64,000 nucleotides of DNA, taken from the NCBI RefSeq assembly GCF_006345805.1, contig NC_043004.1, positions 8,122,001 to 8,186,000 of the forward strand, written 5' to 3'. Positions 25,800-37,725 of this stretch are shown here, one piece after another. The first letter of the stretch is position 1; each line of letters starts with the position of its first letter. Both the position numbers and the translations under genes were made by a program. Origin of the DNA: Octopus sinensis. Taxonomy: Eukaryota. The notes under the pieces are model-generated. The model was given only the letters and a program-made list of their open reading frames with translations. It made no database searches and was not told the DNA's origin.

Positions 25800-27125
25800 C
25801 TTCAAACATATCTAGATAGGGTTTTAATTAGAAAAACAGATAAGTCCATAGCTAAGTGTCCACAGTTTTATCTAGTCATCTACAGTGATCACAAGATGGT
25901 TACCTGTAATCTGACGGTAGATAAGTTGCATAGACAGGGATCTGGCTACGGGAAACTCAATACGTCCCTTTTGGTGATTGAGGAGTACAGAAAGCGGATC
26001 GAGATGTTAATACAGAGGGCATTGACAGTTACCATCATTAATAAAAATGGTGGTACGCCCTAAAAAGAGCCATAAAATATGAGTCTATTAGGTTTAGCAT
26101 AAGTTTAATTATGAAGGGACGTAGAATAACAGATGATCTAGTTAAGGAACTAGAAGACGCCTGGATGACTGGTAAAGCGGTGAAGAGACTGGAGTTGAAC
26201 CAGCATCTTGAAACCCAACACATGGGAGGTATTGCCAGAGCTAAGTTACGTGCGATGGGAAGCGAAGGAATCAAGGCCGCTGGATGGGCCCGAGTGGTGG
26301 AAGCTCGACAAGGAAATAGTTCCACTATTCGGTCTTTGATGAATCAAAATGGTGTCTTGGTAAACGAACCCTAGGAAATGTGTGAGGCCTTTCGGGAGTA
26401 CTTCGCCCAGCTGTTCGGGGGTGATGCCGCTCCTGATGGTGGGGGAGTCCTCGAGGACTTTCTTGCCGAGCTGTCGTGCCTCGCGGGTTTGGATGCGGTG
26501 TCTTGCGAAGGGCCGATCACGCCTGTGGAGGTGATGGAGGCTATGGCCGACTGTAAAGCGGATGAGTCGCCGGGACTTGATGGTCTCCCGTACGAGCTGT
26601 ATAAATGTATGCCAGACTCGTTCGGGTATCTACTAGCTGATGTGTACGCGAACTGGCAGAAGAAGGGTTTTATCCCAAGATCTGCGTGAGTAGTGACGTT
26701 GGTCAGAAAGGACCTGGTTAAGGGGACGTTTTAGATAATTTCAATCCCATCACTCTGTCAAACGCAGATGTGAAGATCTTGGCCAAGGTTTTAGCAAAAT
26801 TATTGGCGCATGTCGTGAATGATATAGTCGGGGAGGCCCAGACATATGCCATCCCAGGCAGAACCATTTAGGATAATCTGCACCTTATTCGCTATACCAT
26901 AGAGAGTGTTGGTGATAAATCTGGCAAATGTGGGGCATTGGTAAATTTGGACCAGTCTAAAGCTTTTGATAGGGTTCACCATCGATACCTGGTCACTGTG
27001 ATTGCGCGGACGATATCACTATCAGCATAACCACAGTAGCACGCCTACGTGAAGTGGGTAAGGCTATTGAGGTTTACGAGACGGTAGCAGGAGCAAAGAT
27101 TAATCGGGAAAAGTCGGTCGGCTCT
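25800..27125 (+). mobile_element. L1/Tx1-clade LINE ORF2 fragment (endonuclease C-terminus, linker, RT), decayed and internally deleted
   Basis: YLDRVLI..YSDHKMV, GSGYGKLNTSLL, SPGLDGLPYELY, PITLSNADVKILAKVL, LDQSKAFDRV, AGAKINREKS. Confidence 0.85.
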
Positions 27126-27139
27126 GTCTGTTGTCAAAA

Positions 27140-27710
27140 GCCTTTAAAGGGAGGTTTAGCAGTTCGGCAAAAGAGGCCGATAGAGTAAGTATTAAGCTTA
27201 CAAAGAATAAGTCCTGAGGTCGATGTGCTCGACTAAAGGTGGTGCGCCAGCATGGCCACAAATAAATGACTGAAACAAGTAAAAGAGTAAATGAGTAAAA
27301 TAGTAATAAGAATCGATGAGACCAAGTTTTCGTTAACGGAGAATGTTTCATAAATTATAGATACTGAAATTTTAAGTAGCATACAGTGTTGCCGCGTTAT
27401 TATTATTATTATTATTTCGCGTAACCAAAGATAACTATTGCTAGTAACGAGGACATAATATTACAGCGATAAAAAATATGACGTCATATGCTTACAAAGA
27501 ATAAGTCCCGGGGTCAATTTGCTCGACTAAAGGCGGTGCTCCAGCATGGCCGCAGTCAAATGACTGAAACAAGTAAAAGAGAGAGTAAAAGAGTATAAAA
27601 ACTGAAATCACTTGAAAAGAACCGCTAAGATACGGGGACGTAAACACACCAGCATCGGTTGTCAAGCGATGTTGGGGTGGGGGGACAAACACAGACACAC
27701 AGACATATAC
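27140..27710. mobile_element. SINE family B fragments: two + strand 3' ends and an inverted middle piece
   Basis: 3' ends at about 27140-27300 and 27490-27596, then CCGCTAAGATACGGGGACGTAAACACACC (minus orientation) from about 27620. Confidence 0.7.
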
Positions 27711-27716
27711 ACACAC

Positions 27717-27793
<77 letters not shown>

Positions 27794-28367
27794 ATATTTA
27801 CATATAAATATAGGAGAGTAATAGAGAACATAGGAGAGTACAGGAGGCGGTCGAAAAAGTCAGCTTCTATATATGGTTGAAACGGGAAGACCGAAAATGG
27901 CTTGAAAGTCGTAACATGCCGGCGGGAAATAACATCATTATGTGAGACAAGCTGACACTGAATCAGCTTCGCTGATTGACAGGTGACGGTCGTTTAGAGA
28001 ATGCGCGGGCTAAAACTACGCACCTTCACTAGTCAGTTAAGGTGAGGCAGTGTCACGTGACAACTTGCTGGGGCTGCCTGCTGGAGCCTATGCGGCAGGT
28101 ATTTAAAGGAAGAAATTTGACAAGTCAGTCAGTCACCGGCTGACACTCGCTGACGCTACATCGAAGAAGCCAGGGAACAGAAGAAAGAAGACATGCACCC
28201 AACATCAGAGCTCAAGACACCTCTGAAAGTGGGGTGCGCCACGTCAAAACGGTAGAGGAGTAGGGGCCGAAACCGGACGTAGTTCCTCCTGATGATGTCT
28301 TGAGCTAACTGGATCCTATAAAGGAGCTGTTGTGGTAGCAGACCACGAAACACGGTTGTAATTCCTC

Positions 28368-28530
28368 GATGGGCTTCTTTCAGTTTCCGTCTACCAAATC
28401 TATTCACAAGACTTTGATCGGCCCGAGGCTATAGTAGAAGACACTTGTCCAAGGTGCTACGCAGTGAGACTGAACCCGGAACCATGTGGTTGGTAAGCAA
28501 GCTACTTACCATACACCCACTCCTACGCCA
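28368..28530 (-). mobile_element. SINE family B, 5' half
   Basis: GGGCTTCTTTCAGTTTCCGTC...CCATGTGGTTGGTAAGCAAGCTACTTACC. Confidence 0.85.
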
Positions 28531-28766
28531 AATAAGCTTTGTTTTCGTGTTTTTCTTTTTTACCATTTTTTAATGTTTCCTACCGCAGCTTGTGTTTGGA
28601 TAGTTTCTTTAGCTGAGAAAATTTAGATGTACAATCAAACTTCTCACCTCCATAAACAATATTTAGTTGCCAACTTTAGTTTTGTCTGAATAACCAGTTA
28701 CCAATATGCCATTAATTCAACTTAATATATTATATGGATTTAGTTTTGGCGCATTTCAGAGTGAGT

Positions 28767-28839
28767 GGGGAATTAGCTCAAGTGGTAGAGCGCTTGCTTA
28801 GCATGCGAGAGGTACCGGGATCAATACCCGGATTCTCCA
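28767..28839 (+). tRNA. tRNA-Ala(AGC), copy 1
   Basis: 73-nt cloverleaf: acceptor GGGGAAT/ATTCTCC with G3:U70, D-stem GCTC/GAGC, anticodon loop TTAGCAT, T-arm CCGGG-ATCAATA-CCCGG, discriminator A; T5 tract about 17 nt downstream. Confidence 0.95.
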
Positions 28840-29190
28840 TTGTTGTCTAACATTGTTTTTGTTTTTGATGAGATTGTTCCAATTATGTGTTTTTAGTTCA
28901 ATTTTTAAACATTACTGTCAAAAGTCGAGTGTACCTCTGATAAATAGAGGGGGTATTGCCATCCATTACCGCCCCATTTTTCTTCAATGCCTCCCTGGCT
29001 CTCTCTTCCACCAGAAGGGTTGCGGTTCTGTCCACTTCGGGAAACAATGGCGTAGACTTTCAGTGAAATTCCAAACAAATTTTAGTTCAAAACATTTGTA
29101 CTTATTGCGTACCTAACCAGATACTAATACGCCACTGATTCAACTTAATATATTATATGGATTTAGTTTTCGCGGCAATACATTGCGAGT

Positions 29191-29263
29191 GGGGAATTAG
29201 CTCAAGTGGTAGAGCGCTTGCTTAGCATGCGAGAGGTACCGGGATCGATACCCGGATTCTCCA
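29191..29263 (+). tRNA. tRNA-Ala(AGC), copy 2
   Basis: Identical to copy 1 except T-loop ATCGATA; 424 bp downstream; T-tracts follow. Confidence 0.97.
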
Positions 29264-29270
29264 TTTCTAG

Positions 29271-29282
29271 TTTTGCTTTTTT
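29271..29282 (+). terminator. Pol III T-tract terminator of tRNA copy 2
   Basis: TTTTGCTTTTTT shortly after the discriminator base. Confidence 0.7.
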
Positions 29283-29412
29283 AAACTTTTCATAGTATTA
29301 TTCATGTATTTAAATTCTTATATGTATTTGCATATGTGTATTTGCATATTCAAACTGCACTTATATAATTTAGTTCTTGAAGTTGTATACTGTCGTATAT
29401 TTATTTGTTTAT

Positions 29413-30601
29413 AAAGACATCAAAAAGGGTGCCGAAAGAGATCAAAGAGGAGTCCCGAAAGAGATCAAAGAGGGTGCCGAAAGAGATCAAAGAGGGTGCC
29501 GAAAGAGATCAAAGAGGGTGCCGAAAGAGATCAAAGAGGAGTTCCTAAAGATATCAAAGAGGGTGCCGGCAGAGATCAAAGAGGGTGCCGACAGAGATCA
29601 AAGAGGGTGCCGAAAGACATCAAAGAGGGTGCCGAAATAGATCAAAGAGGATGCCGAAAGACATCAAAGAGGGTACCGACAGAGATCAAAGAGGAGTCCC
29701 GAAATAGATCAAAGACGAGTCCCGAATGACATCAAAGAGGGTGCCGACAGAGATCAAAGAGTGTGCCGAAAGAGATCAAAGAGGGTGCCGGAAGAGATCA
29801 AAGAGGAGTCCCGAATGACATCAAAGAGTGTGCCGAAAGAGATCAAAGAGGGTGCCGGAAGAGATCAAAGAGGAGTCCCGAATGACATCAAAGAGGGTGC
29901 CGACAGAGATCAAAGAGGGTGCCGACAGAGATCAAAGAGGGTGCCGACAGAGATCAAAGAGGGTGCCGACAGAGATCAAAGAGGGTGCCGACAGAGATCA
30001 AAGAGGAGTCCCGAAAGACATCAAAGAGGGTGCCGACAGAGATCAAAGAGTGTGCCGAAAGAGATCAAAGAGGGTGCCGAAAGAGATCAAAGAGTGTGCC
30101 GAAAGAGATCAAAGAGGGTGCCGAAAGAGAACAAAGAGGAGTTCCTAAAGATATCAAAGAGGGTGCCGGCAGAGATCAAAGAGGGTGCCGACAGAGATCA
30201 AAGAGGGTGCCGAAAGACATCAAAGAGGGTGCCGAAATAGATCAAAGAGGATGCCGAAAGACATCAAAGAGGTGTCCCGAAAGAGATCAAAGAGGAGTCC
30301 CGAAAGAGATCAAAGAGGAGTCCCGAATGACATCAAAGAGGGTGCCGACAGAGATCAAAGAGGGTGCCGACAGAGATCAAAGAGGGTGCCGGAAGAGATC
30401 AAAAGGAGTCCCGAAAGACATCAAAGAGTGTGCCGACAGAGATCAAAGAGTGTGCCGAAAGAGATCAAAGAGGGTGCCGAAAGAGATCAAAGAGGGTGCC
30501 AAAAGAAATCAAAGAGGGTCCCAAAAGATATCAAAGAGTGTGCCGAAAGAGATCAAAGAGGGTGCCGAAAGAGATCAAAGAGTGTGCCGAAAGAGATCAA
30601 A
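29413..30601. repeat. 22-bp minisatellite (AGAGGGTGCCGAMAGAGATCAA, with 23-bp variants), about 53 units
   Basis: Units shift frame by 1, giving the 22-aa periodic ORFs in all three + frames; block 29521-29670 recurs at 30121-30270. Confidence 0.95.
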
Positions 30602-30604
30602 TGT

Positions 30605-31315
30605 TCCCCGAATTCAGAAGTCTTTGCAAATAGGAAGCCTAGTGTTTTCGTAGACCGAGGTCAAGTGAATGGCATAAAGAGTGCCGTAAGGACCCTCCTG
30701 CTATTCTGGAAATTTATATAGTAGGTTAGTAGAGTCTGAATGTGACGATGGTCTGGACAGCCTGTTTCATCGTACATTCGGGTTGAGAACTTTGGACAAC
30801 TTCCAAAAGTCTTTGACCTGGAAATGTTACAGAGTTTGGGATAAGCTCGCAAGTTTGGGATAATGCCCATTTGGGATAAGCTCGCAAGACATGATAAGCG
30901 TCAGTCTCCGACCTGTCCAAGATGCTGGGGAGACAGGGAAACCGTCCCTCACGCTATTGTCCAGTATTCGGAGATATCTGAAATGTAGGTTTATGCTGAA
31001 TACCTGTTGTCCGGCGAAGGACTAGTACAGCTGTCGACTGATTCAATCATAAAAATCGAACCACCGGAAGTTTTAACAAACGAAGGTAAGAATTGTTTAC
31101 TCACGGTTGTAGCAATAGCGAAAGAGGCAGTATGGAAGACTAGGATAAAAGGGATTAAGACAGGCAACTTTATCTCCGGCCACGATTTACGATCATTTTT
31201 TACTTTTCATTTGAAAAGAAAGGTGTGGCTGGAGAAGAGATGTCTGTAGGAGTATACGTTCCAAAAGAGATAGAAACATGTTGCACGAGTGTTGTGCGTG
31301 CAAGGAACCGTGTGA
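30605..31315 (+). mobile_element. L1/Tx1-clade LINE ORF2 C-terminal fragment with zinc-binding region
   Basis: FQKSLTWKCYR...WDKLARH..SPTCPRCWGDRETVPHAIVQ...AKEAVWKTR; homologous to 57895-58420. Confidence 0.75.
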
Positions 31316-31316
31316 A

Positions 31317-31500
31317 TCTATATATATATAAAACTGAGAATGTGTCTGTCTGTCTGTCTGTGTGAATCCCTAAAACTTGAGAACTACACAACCAATTTCA
31401 TTCAAATTTTATACATGCCTTACTTAGGGTCCATGTAGTGTCATGGGCAAATTTCTAACTTCTTGTCTAGGGCGAGCCCACAGCAATATCATATCTTCTC
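31317..31500 (+). mobile_element. Non-autonomous Helitron-like 5' end
   Basis: A|TCTATATATATATAAAA then (CTGT)n and ACCAATTTCATTCAAATTTT, resembling the start at 54647; no 3' CTAG end found; right boundary approximate. Confidence 0.5.
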
Positions 31501-31999
31501 CACTATTTCAGTATTACGTGTTAAAAATGAAACAAAAACATCTCTATTGTAATGTCAGATACTTTCACTTTAATACTGAAACTATTAAAGTCAAACTATT
31601 ATATAAGAGGAATGAACCATGAACAGTGGACATCCATTTTGCTAGAAGAAGATCCGCTATGGTCTTATATGCTACACCACTGGTTTTCAATTCATATTAA
31701 TCAAATTAATATTCAATTTCTCACCGTTATTATATTAAATTTAAATTTAAAACCAGGACCATGTGTTTTGGAACGAAGTTTGTTACCACACAGACACACC
31801 TGCACCTATGTATGTGTGTGTGCGCGTGTGAGTGTGTATAGCTGTATATGTATACATTTATTTCTATACATATAGATGTATATGTATACATGTATATGTG
31901 TAGATGTATATATATATATAGATGTACATGTAATATGTACATATATATATATACACATATACACGTGCATACATATATACACCCATACACACACACATA

Positions 32000-32330
32000 C
32001 ATAGGTGCAGGTGTGGCTGTGTGGTAACAAACTTCGTTCCAAGACACATGGTCCTAGGTTCAGTCCCACTGTGTGGTGACTTGGCATGTGTTTTTTGCTA
32101 TAGAATCAGACCAACCAAAGCCCTTGTCAATGGATTTTGTAGACATAAACTGAAAGAAATCAATCGTATATATATGTATGTATATATGTAAGCCTGTGTG
32201 CGTGTCTTTGTGTTTCTCCCTCATCACTGCCTCACAAATGGAGTTCGTTTATTTACATCCCCATAACTTACTGGTTTCACAAGAAGAAACTGATAGAATA
32301 AGTACCAGGCTTATCAAAAAAAAAATAATA
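32000..32330 (+). mobile_element. SINE family B (diverged), with partial re-duplication at about 32465-32650
   Basis: Head GTGGCTGTGTGGTAAC...GGTTCAGTCCCAC; GTTCGTTTATTTACATCCCCATAACTTACTGGTTTCAC occurs twice. Confidence 0.75.
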
Positions 32331-32412
32331 AAACCACTTATCAGTATCTCATATTTTTGTTTGTCCACACAATTTATCTTTGTGTGTGTGTGTGTGTGTA
32401 TATACATACATG

Positions 32413-32446
<34 letters not shown>

Positions 32447-32731
32447 TATTTATATATATATGGATTTCGTAGGCAGAAACTTTAAGAAATCAATCGTATA
32501 TATATATATATATATGTATGTATATATTTAAGTCTATGTGTGTTTCACACTCATCACTGCTTCACAACTGCTGTTCGTTTATTTACATCCCCATAACTTA
32601 CTGGTTTCACAAAAAGAAACTAATAGAATAAGTACCAAGCTTATCAATATAAAAAAGCACTAGGCTGTGTCTCATATTTTTGTTTGCCCACTCACTTGTA
32701 TGTATCAATTTATTTTTTGTGCATGTGTATA

Positions 32732-32764
<33 letters not shown>

Positions 32765-34401
32765 ATACACACACACGCGCGCGCGCACACACACACGCAT
32801 ATATATATACATGTATGTATATGTGTACATTCATATTTATTATATCAAAGATAATGTATTTATGTGTTCGTGTATTACTTATACATTCGAAAACTGCTGT
32901 ACCGATCATAATGAAATTTGGAACAGAAAATCGAAGCGTAGGGTGACGCGTAATGCTGTGTGTTTCATTCAATTTCATGGACCAAAATTACTGAATGGAT
33001 CCTTATGATATTTGAAACTTAGATTCAATGCATAAGGGCGGGTATAATGCAATATGTTTGGTTTGAATTTCAGATGGCTTAAAGGGGGAAGAACCCACCA
33101 TGAAAATTTATAAATTTTCGATGTTGATGAAATTTCAACCATGGGTAATTGACACACATCAAGAAGTGTTATGAAAGATTCCACTTCACATGAGGATTCT
33201 AAGACACCCTAATGGGGGCCTTATAACTCCCAAATTTTAGTCATTTATTTTATGATCCAAAACTAAGTCAAAAGTACTGGATGGATCTTTACGAAATTTG
33301 GAAATTATATTCTATGCATAAGGGCCACAACCCCCATGACAATTCATATATTTTTGCTGTTGATGAAATTTTAACCATAGATATTAGATGCAAATGAAGT
33401 AATATTTATAAAATTTCATCTTCATACAAGCTAGAAAGACCCCTTCATGGGGACTTAACACCCACAATTTTGTCATTTTATCTAAGCAAAGACGAATAGT
33501 TGTACTCTTGGAAGCTGTGGAGTCATCCGAGCATAGAAGATGAGCATTATTACAAGAGTGTAAGAGTTTGCTTTGACATACACTTAGATTGTGATTTCTG
33601 CAATGTGGTGCATACATTGTCAAGTAAATGAGAGGCATCTTTGCCTCCACTGATTCAGTTGTAAAGTGTTGAGTAAAGTTATTTGATTGCAGATCTCCTT
33701 TCAGTCTTTTATTATCATTGGGTCACACATAGTCCCCACACGGTGACATTGATTTCAAGGCTTTCCCAGTTGAGTTACTGGTTATTCAGAGACATTTATA
33801 GATTGTATATTTATTCTGTCCAGTTACGTATCAGTATAGTGGTCATTTGCAAACTCCAACTTTCATTTCTCCTTAGCCCTCACGTCACACAGTTGTTAAT
33901 GTTTATTTCAGTTGGGTCACGCCCTTCCAATTGCTATAGATTCGTAATGTCACCTGGATGGTGAGGAATACTACATTGGGACTGGTAACGACTAGGGTAC
34001 TGTGGCTGACCGCTTATTGTGATCATTCGTCTTTTGGTTTCCTCCTATTTCAAAGAATTCAAACAATAAATATAAGACCCAAGTTAAAAAGATTCTCAAC
34101 AATTCAACTTCTCTGGTTGGCATTAAGATGCCCACCCCCAACAGGGGCCTTAACTCTCACATTTTAGAGCTCCATGACCTTCATTTTTCAGGAGCAAAAT
34201 CCATTTAACAGGTTCTATAAGACTGGAAATTTGGAATATGCGCATAAAAATCAGTAGTATGGGATACATGTGGCACGATTACAATTTTGTTTGGGTGTGT
34301 AAAGAGGGAAATAACACTCATCTGCAATTTTGGTGAAATTCGAAACATAGGTATTCCAGTTCATTACAGAAAATATAATATAAAAATCTAATTCTTCTTT
34401 A

Positions 34402-34545
34402 GATCGATAAAATGACTTAGCATTTCGCTAAAAGAGATCGATAAAATGACAAACATGATCGACTTAGCGGTTCTCCAAACGAGATCGATAAAATGACATA
34501 GCAGTTCGGCAAACGGGATCGATAAAATGACCTAGCTAGTCGGCT
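34402..34545. repeat. Short tandem array of GATCGATAAAATGAC-containing units (4 copies)
   Basis: Starts at 34402, 34436, 34483 and 34517; intervening bases resemble the SINE-B segment TTAGCGGTTCGGCAAAAGAG. Confidence 0.8.
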
Positions 34546-34744
34546 ATAGAAGAAGAACCAAAAAAAAAAAAGATGCCAGCGATAGATCGGGCCTTGTGGG
34601 GTCGGAGCGTGGCCTGATCATCGCTACATTTGTGTTGTCTCTGTATTGTTAATTTCATTCGATTTTTAAAAAATATTTTATATAAATTTTATTTTCCTAT
34701 TTTATGTAAAATCATGACGTTGTTTTGTCCATTTCTGTGTTTGG

Positions 34745-34910
34745 CCCCCTGTGGGCAATAAACAAATTGGTATTTCGTCAGTCTTTACGTTCTGAGTTCA
34801 AATTCCGCTGAGGCCGACTTTGCCTTTCATCCTTTCGAGGTTCGATAAATTAAGTACCAGTTCCGTACTTGGGTCAATCTAATCGACTGGCTCCCTCCCC
34901 CCAAATTGTA
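34745..34910 (+). mobile_element. SINE family A fragment
   Basis: GGTATTTCGTC...GAGTTCAAATTCCGCTGAGGCCGACTTTGCCTTTCATCC. Confidence 0.8.
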
Positions 34911-36499
34911 GAAAAGAAAAGAATATTTATAACTCAAAGCTATGATAATTTGTTTTGATTGAAAATTTATTTTTATTTTTAAAAAGTAATTTGGTGTATT
35001 TAGTGACGTCACTACTTTCTTTAGTTCCCGAGTTCGTACCCCACCAAAGTCGGTTTTACCCCTTTCAGCACAGCGGTTTAGATAAGCCGAGTTCCAGTCG
35101 CGTAAAGACATCGGTCCAGTCAACTCTGATCCAGTCCAGTAATTTGTAGTCTTGTTCCAACATAAGAGATGGAAGTCTTCGACCACCAAGAAGCTACTCG
35201 ACTGAACAGCGAGTGGTCAGTGGACCTGAGCTGAGTGGTCAGTCGACATATTCATGACTTACATAAAAAAACGTACCGGTGTTTCTCTTACTCCACAAAA
35301 AAAGCCATTGAGTCAAATTTTGAGGGTAAGCAGCATGTTGTGCAATGCTATGGAACCGACAAAATAGTAAGATATTGGGTAATACAAGAAAATGAATAAT
35401 AGACGGGGCAGTCACGACTGGAATGCCTTTGATGATCTCCCTGATCCACAGTTAACTCGGGTTAAACAAGAAGAACAATAACAACCAATCTGTATCCCTG
35501 TAATATTCGTTATTGAAAACAACAATGATGTGAAGGGGGTGATACAGTATTTGAAAGAGGGTCGGTGACCATGGTAACCAAGAGATTTCACCATGAAACC
35601 CTCGTCTTTATAAACCAAGTGGAAACTATCGTCTTCATAAACCAAGTGGAAACTATTCTCTTTCGGAATAACGAAGGGGAACGTAACTAAAGCGAAATGG
35701 TTCAACCACAGATTTGAAACTGGATCAAAGCTTCATTCTCAACAAAATCTTATTTACCATTCTACAGTACCCTCCCCCTACAATCATTAACTTTATATTT
35801 GACCCACAAACCTACCCGCATCTCAGATATCTATAATATATATTAAATGTGTGCAAAAGTGATTTAGGAGAAGAGTGAAGGATTACTTAGTACTTTACAG
35901 AAAGACGAGGAACCTGATAAATTGTTTTCTGGTATTTCGTGTCGTTCCTCTATCTTCGAAGTTTAATTCCCACCCAGCCTGATTTTACCTTCATGAATCT
36001 TAAAATAAAAAAAGGATGAAAAATGCCTGACATATGTAGTGCAGATTCAGTTGCTTTTTTCCGTTGTTTTTTTCCCTCTAGTTTTTACGATTCTTTCCGG
36101 TATATCCCCACACATTAATCCCCCCCCCTTTTTTTTCAACTACTTCCTATTTGTCATTCTTCATTTTTCTGTTTTCTATTTCAGTTTCCTTTTTTTGAAT
36201 TATTATTTGTTTATTAACGTCTGTCGACCATTTTCTTTTGATTTTGTACTTTTCTACTTTGATCGCTTACTTTTACAAATATTTTCACAGAGGTCATTGC
36301 GTACTTTGACTACAATAGCACAGAGAACGACCACTACCAACGACTACAACAACACCCACTCAACCACAGTAAAGGTGACACTGCTTTTACAATTAGTTCA
36401 TTGATGGATGATGGCCATAACAGATTAGTTCGCGGTGATGACCATACCAGCTTCAAATATTATCATTAACTTTATTTTCACCTTTCGCAAATCCTAACC

Positions 36500-37150
36500 T
36501 AAAAACAGGGTCAAAAAGAAAACAAGGCGTGTTTTGTTGCCATTTTACTGGCTAATCCCTTTCTCAAAATCCCAGATACATAACCAAATTTCTTTAGCAC
36601 GCCACTAAGTTTTAACAAGAAATCCAGATTCGTCTTAGAAGTACCCCTGATTAGACCACGTCCCATAATATCATGGTGGTTCTTACTTTCTCGATAAAAA
36701 TCTGTGGTAACTAAGGTACCAATCTCCGAAAATTTCAGACTCATTTCTGTTAAGCTTCCCTGACTTTCATTTGACCGCTGACCATACAGCATTAAAGATC
36801 TATCTTAATTCCTGGATGCATCAGACTTAAATAAACTGAATATGCAGTTCTTTTTCTTTAAAGATGGAATAAATTGGTTAAAGCTGTCCACAGAACGTTA
36901 GTTTATTTCCAGAATACTCTTATGACAAATGTATGTCCACGGATGCTTGAAGATAGATTTTCGAAGCCTAAAGCCTCGAGCTGTCTAATTTCTACCAAAA
37001 ACATCACAAACTTCGACGCATCTTTTTATGCATGATTTAAACTTCCGCACACATTACTCTACTCTAACTCTATTCTCAATTGTCGTTCCAATTTGTGTTT
37101 TAACTTTCGACTGATTTATGTCTGCGAGGATACATTTGCATTGATCACTC
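36500..37150 (-). mobile_element. Heavily decayed Penelope-like RT fragment
   Basis: Minus-strand pieces QIGTT, SVDIHL, LMHPGIKI, LVTTDFYR, VLKKFGY appear in the order expected for a PLE RT, across stops and frameshifts; weak. Confidence 0.3.
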
Positions 37151-37725
37151 TTTAAAATACTTCGGGAATATTTTCAAAACTCCTGGAAATTTCTGATATT
37201 CACGCGTGTTCTCGGTGATAAAAATTAAATATATCGCAACACCCTACGTCTCCTCAATATTTAAGATAACAACAAGAAGGGAAGACATTTCGTGGTTTTC
37301 TTTCAGCTCCCGACACTCAGAGTTCAAAAACCACTTGATGCGATCCTCAGGCATCAGTCTGCCTACCAGAGTTCAAATCAAAAGGGTGTTCACAAAGTTC
37401 GCGAAATAACTTCATTTGGGTGGGTGGGATCGGATTATAAAACTAATTGGGTAAGAACTTATCATTAGATGAAAGATATTTATTCCTTACAATGCTGTAA
37501 ATTGGTAAGGCAAGGATATAATTGAAATCGAGGTTAGGATATATGCCAGAGACAGATTGATTCCATCCAAGGAGATTAAAGACAATGCTGCCAGGCAGTT
37601 AAACATAAGCCATAGACACTAAATAATTTGAAGCATTTAATCCGATGCGTTTTCAGTTTTTTGCCATTTTCTTTTCTTGAACCATTCCTAACAGTGAATT
37701 CTTTTGATAAGATCCAGGGTCTATA

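Noticed and set aside
29413-30601. CRISPR array or repetitive protein gene (ORFs up to 244 aa)
   Set aside because: Units are contiguous with no unique spacers and no cas genes; ORFs occur in all three + frames only because the 22-bp unit lacks stops.
34402-34545. CRISPR-like repeat-spacer pattern
   Set aside because: The repeat is only 15 bp, the linkers resemble each other and a SINE segment, and the context is eukaryotic.
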